A DNA stretch of 55,363 bases, counting the filler, from Catajapyx aquilonaris (Eukaryota), in the NCBI GenBank assembly GCA_000934665.2. It is 2 parts of 2 records of this genome, joined end to end, with 100 filler letters (N's around TTAATTAATTAA, not from the genome) between each part and the next. Parts side by side here need not be neighbours in the genome. Positions count along the whole stretch, not along the records: positions 27,719 to 55,363 come from KZ539272.1; 1 more part is not named here. One strand, 5' to 3'. Below are positions 28,600 through 40,344 of the stretch, piece by piece. Position numbers and translations under genes: made by a program. Numbering within the stretch: the stretch's first letter is position 1; the number at the start of each line of letters is the position of its first letter. The notes under the pieces are model-generated. The model was not told where the DNA came from and did no database searches. It saw only the letters and a program-made list of their open reading frames with translations.

Positions 28600-29074
28600 T
28601 ATTGCAAAGTCTTACTCACATTTTTCCAGAAGTCACCAAATGTTGCACTGTTCTTTGCACCGTAACCTGGCCACATTTCACGTTCCAGTAATGGCTGCAC
28701 TGTATACCATGAAACGGTTTCACTGTCTGCAATAGTTTCTCCCTAGTTTTCTTCGCTTGGCAAGTGCAGCAGGGTCACATATTAGGGATGGAGGATCGCA
28801 GCACCTCAGTCAACTGTCCAGAAGTTTTTATGGCCTCTGTTGCACTGTGCCGCACATTGTACGCTGTCGCAATATGCTTCACTAGCCCTCCTACTCCATC
28901 GCGTGGGTATTTTGAGAAAATTATTTTCTTCCAAACCAAAGGACCCTGCGATGGAGTAGGAGGGCTAGTGAAGCATATTGCGACATCGTACAACTTGCGG
29001 CACAGTGCAACAGAGGCCATAAAAACTTCTGGACAGTTGACTGAGGTGCTGCGATCCTCCATCCCTAATATGTG
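28600..29074. mobile_element. Sola2-like transposase remnant with a near-perfect 127-bp-arm palindrome (28776-28902 / 28948-29074)
   Basis: KGPCDGVGGLVKH motif (HGKG.CDG.GG..K type); - strand continues VKPFHGIQCSHYW; 3 mismatches between arms. Confidence 0.75.
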
Positions 29075-29421
29075 TTTGTCTTCTGAATTCATTTACACCC
29101 TGTATATGACACCAAAATGTATCGTTCTGTTTATATACCCTGATACATAATTAGGCCTGTCACGGAGGGTTTCTAGAAACATTGGGGGATACACTTACAC
29201 AGGGAACATAATTTTTTTCCTATTGTGGTGGAGAGAGATTTTGAATGACCTTCTAAACCACAAAGTAATTAAGTAAATTTTAGTAATAGGCAAGCGTATA
29301 AAAGTGCTTGTTCCATAAAGTGACCTTATTTTATACTTTCTAGCATGTAAATTTCATGTGAGGCTTTCCACACCACTGCAGAAACTTATCTGACATTCCT
29401 TTTTGATTTAAAAAAAAATAG

Positions 29422-29588
29422 GGAGTCAGTCAAGCTCATGTTGTCCCAGACCCTCCACGTCACGAGCCAAGTGTGTCCTTTATTGATGAAGAGAAGAAGA
29501 GAAAAGTGCTGGAAAATCCAGTGGAGATTTTGCAGAAGGACTGGAGGCATTATAAGTGCAAGACATGGCATCTGGAACCCACTATACG
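29422..29588 (+). CDS. BLTP1: BLTP1/KIAA1109/tweek bridge-like lipid transfer protein, penultimate coding exon
   Basis: ag|GGA...CG|gtaatg; GVSQAHVVPD...QKDWRHYKCKTWHLEPTIR; phase 2 matches next exon. Confidence 0.93.
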
Positions 29589-29615
29589 GTAATGAGTTCT
29601 TTATTGAGCTGCTAC

Positions 29616-29712
29616 GGGGGAAGATGTGCCGAGATGGTAACGTCTCGGCTTGCTGAGTGAAAGGTCCCAGGTTAGATCCCCGCCTGAGAGTTTCCTTTCA
29701 CCTGCGTCAGGT
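29616..29712 (+). mobile_element. 5' fragment of a tRNA-derived SINE, same family as 41971-42391
   Basis: GATGGTAACGTCTCGGCTTGCTGAGTGAAAGG...GATCCCCGCCTG...TTTCACCTGCGTCAGG shared. Confidence 0.8.
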
Positions 29713-30352
29713 GTCACCTCATTACCTTGTAATACATCAGTAGAGTGCATCTGCATCATTTTCTGCCATTCTTATGCGGTTTTATCTGAAGTTTAGGGCA
29801 TTTCCATGTTTCGAGTCTCATTGGTTGGCGTTCTTGGCAACACCACAAATCTCGTGACCTAAGGGGCCGATCAGGTTACGACATCTCTCAAATGGCTCCT
29901 ATACACCTAGGAACATGTGTGGCACCTTATCACAAAGTGCAAAGGTAGCCCTGATTTTTGCGCTTAAGTCCCGGACTATAATAAATACTGATATCAATAA
30001 AAATATGAAGATAAAAATTATACCTTGCATTAAGTTAAAACAGACCAAAATTTTTTAAAGTGCGTCTGTGGAAAGTGCAAGTTTCTGAATTTCTCTGGCA
30101 TGTGTGGATGGCCAAAACAATAATTGTCTTGTGATTTTCAAACTGCTGTCGCAACCATTACTTAATTGCTATTAAGCAACAGGATGATACTTTCTAGCTT
30201 CCAAACCACTGAGTTTAGGAACTCGGCATTTGGCTAATTACTGACCCAGAAATACATGCACCAATGTTCCTTGGCAAGGTGCATTAGTGTGAGTGATTTA
30301 TTGGGAGATCGTTGTGGGAATCACAGTTCTTATACATTCTGTGCATCCACTA

Positions 30353-32403
30353 TAGTCCGGGTGCTAAGGGGTTGATCTTTGCATTTTGTGACAAAAGTAT
30401 TATGAAACGCGGTACACTTGTTCTTTGGACACTTATGATCATATCTGGACGTGGGGCCATGATGACCCACCCCGGTGGAGGTCCATTTCACAGGGTTGCC
30501 ATAACTACCAGATGCAGCATCCTTTAGGACCTAGTATTTGGTGACAAAAATATGAAACTCGCCACAATTGGTCTTTGGACACTTCTGAACATTTCTGGGT
30601 GTGGGACTATGATGACTGACCACGCTGTGGGTCACTCACAGGGTTGCCAGATCTAACGGACCCAACATACCTCTCTGTGAAGATCATGTGAATTGGGAGC
30701 TTGCATTCTGTGATTAAAACGTGAAACTCGGTACGGCAGTTCTCTGAACACATCTCAACATATCTGGACGTGAGGCCATGGTGGGTGGCTCCTGGTGGCC
30801 CCACCAGGGTCACTATCGCAGAGTTGCCAAATCTAACAGGTGCTGCATACCTTTACATGAATAAGGGCCTTGCATTCGGTGATAAAACACTGATAAAACA
30901 TGAAACTCGCCCCAATTGGTCTTTGGACACTACTAAACATGTCTGAAGTGAGGGCACTATATGGATGACCCCGGTGAGGGTCACTCGCAGGGTTTCCAGA
31001 TCTAATGGGCTCTCTATGTAAACTATGTGAATAGAGAGCTTGGATTTGGTGTTAAAGACGTGATACTCGGTACAATATGGTTCTTTGCACACTTCTGAAC
31101 ATATCTGGACGTGGGGCCACGATGACCCACCCCGATGGAGGGCACTATCGCTATGTTGCACTATTTGCACATTCTGTTAGATATGGCAACCCTGTGAGAG
31201 TGCCCTCCATCGAGGTGAGTCATTCTGGCCCCACGTCCAGATATGTTCAGAAGTGTGCAAAGAACTATATTGTACCGAGTTTCATGTCTTAATCACCGAA
31301 TTCAAGCTCCCTATTCACATACAGTAAAACTTCCATAAGTCGAACTTCCCTAAGTCGAAGTTCTCTATCAGGCGAAGAAAATGATGAGCTTGGTTGGTCA
31401 CAATGTAAAATAATAGGAAATAAACTTCCCTAACTCGAATTTCTATAACTCGAAGTTCTCCATAACTCTTAAGTGCTGGAATGGCCTTACGATGGGCTAT
31501 CAATGCATTTTCAGTCTCCCTAAGTCCAAGTTCATGTTGGCGAGTAAGGAAAATTTTCTCATTTCCCAGCTGAAGGGTCGAGAGTAGGCCACATGTACAG
31601 AAAGGCTCAATTTCCTGATCTCCATCTACCAGACGTACCAATTGAATCCTTGAATCTAAGAGGAGGCAAATGTTCACAACTGAGTTTTTTTTTTACAAAA
31701 CAGCAACGAGGGTCGAGGAACATTGTAACTGTGATAGTGGCAGTTATTTTTAAGTTTTGAACACCATTTCATCGCTGGATATAAAGGTAGGCTTCCTTAC
31801 AGAGTTATGTGCTTAAAAAATTCCAAACTTCTGTAACTCGAATATTCTATAACTCGAAGTTTTTTTCTGGTCTCATGGAGATTCGACTTATAGAAGTTTT
31901 ACTGTAGTTTACATAGAGAGCCCATTAGATCTGGCAACCCTGTGAGTGACCCCCAGTGGGGTCATCCATATTAGACTCACTTCCAGACATGTTCAGAAGT
32001 GTCCAAAGACCAATTGGGGCGAGTTTCATGTTTTATCAGTGATTTATCACCGAATGCAAGGCAAGGTATGCAGCACATGTTCAATTTGGCAACTCCCCGA
32101 TAGTGACCCCTGGTGGGGCCACCAGGGGCCACCCATCGTGGCCCCACATCCAGATATGTTGAGATGTGTCCAAAGACCAATTGTGGCGAATTTCGTGGTT
32201 TTTTTTTTCACCGAATAGAAGGTCCTAAAGGATGCTGCATTTGGTAGTTATGGCAACCCTGCGAAATGGACCTCCACCGGGGTCAGTCATCTTGGCCCCA
32301 TGTCCAGATATGATCAGAAGTGTCCAAAAAACAAGTGTACCTAGTTTCATACTCTTGTCCCAAAATGCAAAGTTTGGGTCTTTGTCCCTTAGCACCTGGA
32401 CTA
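30353..32403. mobile_element. Large palindromic non-autonomous DNA element with internal repeats (Academ-like TAGT terminus), in the last BLTP1 intron
   Basis: TAGTCCGGGTGCTAAGGG...CCCTTAGCACCTGGACTA; repeated ATGAAACTCG...TTTGGACAC...CATATCTGGAC units inverted between the halves. Confidence 0.8.
31322..31904. mobile_element. Full-length Tc1/pogo-like MITE nested in the Academ-like element
   Basis: TA|CAGTAAAACTTCCATAAGTCGAA...TTCGACTTATAGAAGTTTTACTG|TA; the empty site is visible in the opposite arm (~31007-31030). Confidence 0.92.
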
Positions 32404-32768
32404 GTAGAGAATGTAGATGTACAAGCAAAATCAAATTTTTATCAATATCCTTTAAATTCGCAGTTGTTTGAAATGTAAAGGATTTTTCTTTTTAAAAACA
32501 TTTTGCAAAGGAATCTGAGAAAGAACTTGATAGTTGAGTTGAGTTGGGAGTACTGAGACATGTCAGTTGCAGATAGTACCACTGTTGTAACCAGCATTTT
32601 TTGTTCACATGTATAGCATCTACTCTTCACTGGTAAAAAGCACCTGCTGAGTGAATGGGTTTTTGTCAACTTGGCTCCTTCCATAATCTAAAACCAAACA
32701 GTTGCCCAGATCATTTCACACACTTGACAGTATTATTCATCACTTTCTCATAAGTATATTTTCTCCAG

Positions 32769-33003
32769 GTTATTATCATGGGCTGGCCAGAGAATTGAGC
32801 CATATGGAGTTGACTACATCCTGCAGCGCCTTGGCTTCACCCATGCTCGCACCACGATTCCTAAATGGATGCAGAGAGGGTTCATGGATCCATTGGATAA
32901 GATTCTTTCAGTGCTGGTCATCAAACTGGTTGGTTTGGTACAAGAAGGAGAGAGTAGGAAAGACAGGGAAGCCAAGGAGAAGAGAATAACTGAGTTGCAA
33001 TGA
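32769..33003 (+). CDS. BLTP1: BLTP1/KIAA1109/tweek, last coding exon
   Basis: ttctccag|G; LLSWAGQRIEPYGVDYILQRLGFTHARTTIPKWMQRGFMDPLDKILSVL...ELQ*, the conserved KIAA1109 C-terminus. Confidence 0.95.
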
Positions 33004-33803
33004 AATCCAAATACCATGTTTAATTTCATATAAGTCAGCGTTGTGAATGAGTGTGTGTATGAAGATGGATACTTCTGACTTTTTTTTTTCTACAAATAGA
33101 TATCTTGTGTCAGAGTTGCACTATGTAAGAAGCGTCAATATTTTCGGAGCTAATACTGGTCAACAATATCAACATCAAGGATCGGTACATAAATGTATGA
33201 TTGTATGTGGTTCTGAAAGACTCAAGAAAAGCAAATTATTTGTTTTCCTTCACAGTTGTAGTTATATGTGTTGACTTTATGTGAATAAGGATGGTGTTAA
33301 CAAAAGATTTATTGTCATATTAGGGAATTTTTATTAATTTATTGTTTTCAATTTTGGCTTGTTATGAGGCCACGTCAACATTTGATTAGGAAAGTAGGGA
33401 CAAATATAGTTGGGGATTGATTTGTTTTTGTTGTTGTTGTTGTTTTGGCTCACTAGTCATTGTTGGTGTTCCTCAACACCTATTTTAAGGTTGAAGGCAC
33501 AATACTTATCTCTCTTGTTTGTTAGTTTTTAGGGTGTTTTAAATTATGGCCAATTGTCAACCTAACATTCCAATGATGCTCACCAAGACAAAGTTTAATA
33601 GTGTAAAGGCAATAGAAGGGTGTAAATAAAAAATAAGTAATAATTATTGGTTGTGATAACATATGAGGAGCTCACTAGCAAAACAAAATTCCCTCCAAAA
33701 CAAAGTGGAATCAGGGTGGAATCAAGGTTACATGAGTGTATAATAAGTTTTCTGAAACCAAGTAAACAAAGCATTTCTTTAAAGCAGTTTTTAAAATCAT
33801 ATA

Positions 33804-34016
33804 CAGGGTGTTCCAATTATCAGGGTCATTTTTACTTATTGGTAATATCACCCAAAGTAGTTATTTATGTGTAGCTTGCTGTGTCCCAATCCAGGTGCCC
33901 TATTATATACGTGGGAATAATTGGGCACTGGATTGAGGTGCAACAAGCTACAGCAAAATAACTACTTCAGGCAATATTAGCTGTAACGAAAATGACCCTG
34001 ATACTTGGATACCATG
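33804..34016. mobile_element. Tc1/mariner-type MITE
   Basis: TA|CAGGGTGTTCCAATTATCAGGGTCATTT...AAATGACCCTGATACTTGGATACCATG|TA; related debris at ~45690-45870. Confidence 0.8.
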
Positions 34017-34142
34017 TAATAATTAATAGGCTCAAACCCCGAAAATGCTCGTTGAGTTTTTAAAATACCATTTTGCAAACTGGTATTATTTTCTGCCAAA
34101 TGAACATTTTTGGGTTTGAGCCCAACATATTTCAGAAATATT

Positions 34143-34888
34143 AGGACGAATCAAATTAAATCCGTTTGTGGCGACTGGAGAGGATACTGCTGAACGCAGA
34201 GACTTGAAACTTCCAGCACAGCAAGATAGTACCAATACTGGTTCTAAATACATAGGTAATAGTCTGCGCATGCATTCCATGCACACTGCCGCAGCCTATG
34301 CGAGAGGGCTTACGCCCTGTCGAGCATGCCTGAGCCATATGTGTGCATTGTTCTTCAATTTCTGATTATATTGCGGTACTCTAGGTGACAATGGACAATG
34401 TGAACACTGTACCATAACTATGGCTGACCATTGCATCCAAGTAAGACAGATTCAGCCGCAATCATCCCTTATCAGCTGGTCTACACATGCAGTGATGGCA
34501 GGTGTGATTGCGGGCTGAGCCTGGTCTGGTTGGGTAAGGTCAGCCATGGATTGCCTGCCATCTTGGAATCGTCAGCTCCAATCCACGACAATTGTCTTTC
34601 CCACGCAACTGGCACTGTACAGAGTATCCTCCAATGGATTTCCGCAGTTCAATAGCCCTCAGCCTTCAGAAATGGAAGAACAGTGAACTGATACCACTTG
34701 GGCACACTCGACATGGCACATGCCGTCTTGGATTGGCTGCGACGGTGTACACAGTATGCTCACGCAGACTCTTACCTATGCATTTAGAAGTTATTGGTAC
34801 TACCTTGCTGTGGTAGAAGTTTCAAATCTCTGCATTCAGCAGTATCCTCTCCAGACACCACAAACAGGTTTCATTTGATTCGCCCTCG
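34143..34888 (-). mobile_element. Mariner derivative with duplicated 5' ends and a transposase N-terminal (HTH) remnant at ~34372-34690
   Basis: ~125-bp inverted arms ending CGCCCTCG|TA; - strand FLKAEG..AEIH...VVDW..FQDGRQSMAD...VDQLIRDD...HLEYR. Confidence 0.85.
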
Positions 34889-34915
34889 TACATGGTCATA
34901 AATTCAATTATTTAT

Positions 34916-35197
34916 GCGGGAGGCATGGTGGTCTGGTGGTTACGCCACTGGCCAGCCAAGCCGGATGCCGGGTTTCAAATCCCGTCCCTGTCACCTCTGC
35001 TGGCCGGGTCTTTTTCCACTTTTCACCCGACATGCCGGGGCAGAATTACACTCCCTACTCTGCCCAGGGCCAGGAAAAAGGTCTGGTGTATTTCAGAAAG
35101 TCAGAAATGACTATAATTACAGTGCCCTCCCTTGGGAACCTCTCCTTCCCCCCTAAAAGGGCTCCGCCCTATCACGGGGTAAATTTAATTTTTTTTT
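34916..35197 (+). mobile_element. tRNA-derived SINE
   Basis: A box TGGTCTGGTGG, B box GGTTTCAAATCCC, shared CCCC...ACGGGGTA tail, degenerate TSD AAAT(T)CAATYATTTAT. Confidence 0.75.
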
Positions 35198-35220
35198 AAA
35201 TCAATCATTTATCTTGGGAG

Positions 35221-35514
35221 CAGTGACGGATTTAGGGGGGGGGGGGCGCCCCCCCCCCCCNNNNNNNNNNCGGAAAAAAAATTAAAAACGGGGGGGAAAC
35301 TCGCAAAAACCCTCTAGAACAGTGCAAAATTGCACTGTTCTATGGGTTCTTTTCCATTTTGCTGTCGCGACCCCAAATTTGGGGTCACGAGGAAGGGTTG
35401 TGACCTTGAACAGAAAAAAAAATCGGCTGTGGCGGGCCCTGGTCAGCCCCCCCCCCCTCCCCCCAACCTATACCCTCGGGGCCCCCCCAGAAAAAATTCC
35501 TGGATCCGCCACTG
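35221..35514. mobile_element. hAT-type MITE
   Basis: CAGTGACGGATTTAGG...CCTGGATCCGCCACTG; 8-bp flanks CTTGGGAG / CTTTGGAG. Confidence 0.85.
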
Positions 35515-35918
35515 CTTTGGAGATATGCCATGGAATTGACCTGAGACTGTACCATCATTGTATTATATGAATTTTCTTTCAGGGACCTTTCAGCTCTTTA
35601 CTAATGTAACCTCCATTTTAAATTATTTTGAAGGTAATCTTGTTAGGCTAAGGGCATCTTCAGTATTATGTACTCTGAATAAAAGTTGTGTACAGATAAC
35701 AGTATTGCTCAGTTGCCTTTTTCTGCATCAGAGATACATCAAAATCGGTTGTGGAGTGCCAAGAAAGCCTTTAATTATTGCAGTGTAATTTGAGCATGTC
35801 AAGGTCAAGCAGTTACTCTACCTACGATTTTGTGACACATTTCACTCAAGACTGCAATGCCCCAGTCACTAAGACCAGGGGAGTAATACAGGGTGCTGAA
35901 ATTGGCTCAAGTGCAGTT

Positions 35919-36158
35919 GAAGGGCTCAGCGCCAAACATGACTGACCCTCTTGAGGGGGTAAATGGTTTTAGGCGCGTTTTCTGAATCAGCAACCGCGAA
36001 TTTTCTGCGGCAAACATGACTATGCCACTCTCCCGTTCTGGATGGTAATGATTGGAATTCTTGCTGCTACATTCTTGATTTGTGAAAAGCTCTCATCAAC
36101 ATCTAATCAACATTTTCTCAACAGGGTTAGTCTAGTCATGTTTGGCGCTGAGCCCTTC
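35919..36158. mobile_element. MITE with GAAG termini and 4-bp TSD (Sola-like)
   Basis: AGTT|GAAGGGCTCAGCGCCAAACATGACT...AGTCATGTTTGGCGCTGAGCCCTTC|AGTT. Confidence 0.85.
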
Positions 36159-37072
36159 AGTTTTGCCTCAGAGTCGATTCATTTCTAGTGAGGCAAGCCG
36201 GCCTTGTGAGTAGTTTGGCAACAGCAGGGTGGTGGGTGGCGGGCACTGATTGGCTCACTGTTTCATGCCAATGAACACGCACAGAAGTACGGTTGAGGGG
36301 AGTGTAGGGAGCCATATTGGGTAGTCTACGAATTCACATCATTTTCAATGGGTAACTAATGCCTTAACAGGCAAAGCATTGTAGTGACATTCTTGATGGC
36401 CTGTATCTCCTTTATGCCCCTGTTTGTTGCCTGCCACTCCAGACTAGGCTCATCTCAGACTTGGAGAGTTGGTAATATTGGTCTACCAATGGGCTTTGTT
36501 CATTCCATAATGCCCCTGCCCACATGGCCATATAGTATAGACATATAGTATAGGGTGGCCAGACTCCCTTCTTAGGAAGGACATTCCCGCTGTTGTGCAC
36601 TCTGTCCTTCGTCCTGCGTCAACTCAAGAAGGACTGTAACTTGTCCTTTCCCTGACCTGGACTAGAACTAGAACTGCAGAAAGTTCGGAAACTGAAGGCC
36701 ACAATAATCACCTACGATTGTGATTGTTGTCGTTGTGTCCCCCTAAAAGAGCTCCGCCCTCAAATGGAGTAATCAAAATAATAATAATAAAAAAATCACC
36801 TACGTATTATTATTTTTTAAAACTGCTCCGTATTAATATTGGCTCCATTTACGCCACCCAGGTACTATCATTATGGGTCAATACGTTCTGAAAATGCATT
36901 TTAGAAAAAATACCACAAAATAGCATTCACATCTCAATGTAGTGTCATTTGACAGATCAATTCTCTTAAGGACTTCAACTCATCATAAAACATGTTTGAT
37001 TTAGGCTAACCTAAATTTTTAGGCTTAAGACTTCAGTTATTAGTGTGTTAAGTATGATAATTTGATGATTTG

Positions 37073-37327
37073 AGGGCGACACGGATGACGGAGTGGTTAG
37101 CGCCTCAGCCTTCCGCCTCTAAGGTCCCGAGTTCGATCCCCGGGTCGGACAGAGGATACTTATGTGGATAGAGTTTCGATGGGTTCCCTCCGTGTTCGCG
37201 TGGGTTTTCTCGGGGTTCTCCAGTTTCCTCCCACAATCAAAATCCATCACAGCAAAGGCAATGATTAAAGACGGTTATTCAAAAGATGATCCCCTAAGAG
37301 GCCCAAGGAGACCTGTCACGGGGTATC

Positions 37328-37387
<60 letters not shown>
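37073..37387 (+). mobile_element. tRNA-derived SINE with V/Meta-like core and (TTA)n tail
   Basis: B box GTTCGATCCC; core GCGTGGGTTTTCTCGGGGTTCTCCAGTTTCCTCCCACA; 15-bp TSD TAATTTGRTGATTTG. Confidence 0.9.
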
Positions 37388-37391
<4 letters not shown>

Positions 37392-37465
37392 TTGGTGATT
37401 TGTGCATTTTTTGGTTACCATGAAATAAAAAGGCACAAGTTATTCATTAAGTTATACTGTATGTA

Positions 37466-37852
37466 CAGTACCGTTCATAAAGAATGGTACGACTATATGG
37501 ACGAAATGTTTATTCTGTTCCCAACCCCTGGGTCGCCAGCATGTTTTTAGGGGTCACGAGGAAGTCCGGGAAAAGGGATTCAAAATAAAATAAAAAAGAG
37601 AAGAAAAAAACAAATCAAAGTAGGAAAATTTTAAGGGTGAAATCCACATCAAATCTACGTAAGCATTTCACCGGGTTGAACATTTTGGTAATTAAAATTG
37701 TTATTTAAAAATCGGGAGGGGTCACAGGAGTCACCAGAGGTCCAGAAAAGGTTGTCCATAGGGTTTTGTCGAATTAAGGTTGGGAATAATGCTCGATAAT
37801 CAGGATAAACATTTCGTCCGTAGAGTCGTACCATTCTTTATGAGCGGGGCTG
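37466..37852. mobile_element. Tc1-type MITE, with a probable hAT-like MITE nested at ~37515-37792
   Basis: TA|CAGTACCGTTCATAAAGAATGGTACGACT...AGTCGTACCATTCTTTATGAGCGGGGCTG|TA; inner TTCCCAACC...GGTTGGGAA. Confidence 0.8.
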
Positions 37853-37872
37853 TATGAGATGTATGTCATATT

Positions 37873-38165
37873 TAATAATATATAATAATAATTCATACCC
37901 CGTTATCAGCCGGCGGCTCTTTAGGGGGGAAATTTTTGTTTTGACTGGAACTCTTTGCTTTCATTTTACTCTGCTTTTTGGGATAGGATAGGGACGGAAG
38001 GAAGCGGCTGTGGCCTGCTGTTACGGAAACGACCCCAGAATTATCCTGGAAGGACCGTGGGAAACCACAGAAAACCACGGTCAGGGTCGCCGGCCCCGGG
38101 ATTCGAACCCAGGACCTCCCGATTAGCAGGCGGACTCCATATCCACTACACCAACCTGCTTCGGT
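37873..38165 (-). mobile_element. tRNA-derived SINE
   Basis: A box TGGTGTAGTGG, B box GGTTCGAATCCC, perfect 16-bp TSD AGATGTATGTCATATT. Confidence 0.92.
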
Positions 38166-38194
38166 AGATGTATGTCATATTGTAACATATGAAT

Positions 38195-38281
38195 AAGACC
38201 TCGGGGAAGAACGATCGTGGTCTGCCTCGGGTGAAACTGACACTGAGATATTCCAATTTTAAATTTCGAAGGCCCATAAGG
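38195..38281 (+). mobile_element. Left-end fragment of the 13269-13522 MITE family
   Basis: AAGACCTCGGGGAAGAACGATC...GGTGAAACTG...CTGAGATATTC shared. Confidence 0.75.
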
Positions 38282-38871
38282 TTACCCTGTGTATAGTCAT
38301 GAATTCTTCAAGTGCACCTGTTTGGTGTGCCTGCGATGCTCTGTTTGCCAGAGAGCTTCAGAACAACAAGTATAGTGCATAAGTGTCAATTCATTTTTCA
38401 GTGGATTTAGCTTGTTTTCTGATTCCATGGTTCATTTCAACTTGGAAGTAGTGAATATTTCAAGCCTATAAGACTGAAATGAATTACATCCATATTAGTG
38501 GAATGAATTTAGACCCAATCAACCAATATTAATTTATTCTAGTATGTTTCTAATTCTGTGCCCTGTCCATAAAATACAGTAGAATTACTAACACACTCCT
38601 TCACTGAAGTGCTTCATACAATGCACATGTTTGCAATGACACGTGTAAAACAATGGAACTGAAGTGCTTCATACTAGATAAATCCAGGCCTTTACATTTG
38701 TAATATATATATATTTTTTAAATTCAATTGTGGTATGCATGCAAATGCAATTACCATCAGGCATGTCGTCCTGGAGAATTAGATTACTGGTACGCTCAGT
38801 CTGTTCCATTTGTCAGTTTGTCACAGTCTGAACTGTTAAGAAATCAGTAAAAGCCATCAGTTTTAACAAAC

Positions 38872-38877
38872 TTTATT
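38872..38877 (-). promoter_or_regulatory. Probable polyadenylation signal of the RhoGAP-like gene
   Basis: AATAAA ~100 nt downstream of the stop codon. Confidence 0.55.
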
Positions 38878-38977
38878 GTAATGTTTCAAATCGCCACGTG
38901 AATGTCGTGATGACCGCTGGTATCATCAGCAATGTAAATTATTAGCCTGTCAAGTATCCCCATTCAACAATTACTAA

Positions 38978-39970
38978 TTAAGTAAGGAAACGGGGATTCA
39001 AATGGGTCTCCTCCAGTAGAACATCCTCGAGTGCTCCCTTTGTGTCCAAGGGGTCCAAGGTCTCCATACTATCAGTCGGTTGAAACACTCTCATGTCCCA
39101 GGTTGGCGACATAACATCCTCCTTCGGCTCTGCAATCGCGTCAGACTTCTGCACCTCCTCAGATGGGAGAAAGTAATGTGCAATTTTCATCTTATGCATT
39201 GTGCCAAAAGTGTTCTGTGTCTCCTCACTATCGTCGAATGACTCATTCAGCGAAAAGATGTCTTCGTCGCTCGAGTCCAACAATGAAACCTCACTGCTCT
39301 TGCGCTCTTTCTGCGCAAGCGCTCTGTTTTCCCTAAAGAGTGTGTCTACATCACTGATTGGGATGCGTCGACTAACCGGATACATCTCGCAGGCAGACTT
39401 CCGCAACAAATCTTCTCCAATAACATCGACAATTTCAAGAGTCCAGGCTTCAGATTCCCCTGAGCCCTTCTTTTGTTCCTTCGCATCCGTCTGAGGGCTG
39501 TCTCCAAGCTCATTCATGACATGCATACGGACTGTGCCTCCTTGCACATCCAGTTTACAATCTCCTCCTCCGCTGCTCATAGGCACTTCTACCGGGAACG
39601 GTTTCACATTGTTGTGTGCCTGATTGTACAACACACAACACTTGTCCTGCTTATCGCCTTTCAGCGCTTCGCATTTTCCCTTCTTCAGCTGGTAGGAGCT
39701 CTTCTGGATTCCCAGCCAGGCCTTGATGCGCCACCAGAAGGCGATGCAGGTATTCTTAGACATCGTCGTCTTTTGATTCTTCAGGAGGGTGTCACTCGAG
39801 CCCATCAGGAAGACTTGTTTGCGGCTCCGGACAAAGCCGCTCTGCTCCTTATTCGCGACAGGATCCTTCAGGAAGAATGGCTCTGACAGTGAGAGGAACT
39901 CGTGGTCCTGGGCTACCCTGTCTTTCAGAGGAAGATCATTCGGTACTTCGACAGACGCACACGTTGAGGT
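38978..39970 (-). CDS. Divergent RhoGAP-like gene, last exon (330 aa, acidic and probably disordered)
   Basis: ttatgtag|ACC phase 0, open to TAA; contains the 275-aa ORF of the track. Confidence 0.85.
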   Translation of the reverse strand, partial: TSTCASVEVPNDLPLKDRVAQDHEFLSLSEPFFLKDPVANKEQSGFVRSRKQVFLMGSSDTLLKNQKTTMSKNTCIAFWWRIKAWLGIQKSSYQLKKGKCEALKGDKQDKCCVLYNQAHNNVKPFPVEVPMSSGGGDCKLDVQGGTVRMHVMNELGDSPQTDAKEQKKGSGESEAWTLEIVDVIGEDLLRKSACEMYPVSRRIPISDVDTLFRENRALAQKERKSSEVSLLDSSDEDIFSLNESFDDSEETQNTFGTMHKMKIAHYFLPSEEVQKSDAIAEPKEDVMSPTWDMRVFQPTDSMETLDPLDTKGALEDVLLEETHLNPRFLT

Positions 39971-40076
39971 CTACATAAACAGAACACAATAAATAAAGCT
40001 ACTACTATAAATCCTACAATTCATAATTTTGCACATTTGAAATTGTTCAACAAGTATTGAATGGAAATATAACAAC

Positions 40077-40250
40077 CTCTTCTGGGTACATTACTTCGTC
40101 CACTTCTTCAAGAGCTTCGAGACACTTGTAGTAACTCGGCATCACGGTCAGAAGTTCCGGGTCCTCCGGCAAGGTCATGACAATGTCGGTAAATATCACT
40201 TCGTGATGGATCACCAGGAATCGAACCAGCGCTCTTCTCGGGACGCAATC
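40077..40250 (-). CDS. Divergent RhoGAP-like gene, exon (end of GAP domain)
   Basis: cattag|GAT...GAG|gttgtt, 58 codons; ALVRFLVIHHEVIF matches the terminal RhoGAP helix. Confidence 0.85.
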
Positions 40251-40344
40251 CTAATGGGAAGGGCAATAGAGGGAGCATTTGAATATTGTTACTTTGTGGT
40301 AGGAGTGTAGTAAATAAAAGGAAAAAGATAAAAGAAAGCCTCAC

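Noticed and set aside
28764..29150. Overlapping sense and antisense genes encoding near-identical proteins
   Set aside because: A direct consequence of the palindrome
37073..38165. tRNA genes
   Set aside because: A/B boxes run into SINE bodies with tails and TSDs; no complete cloverleaf seen
38978..39805. Standalone 275-aa orphan ORF
   Set aside because: The frame is open upstream to a splice acceptor at 39970; it is the last exon of the RhoGAP-like gene
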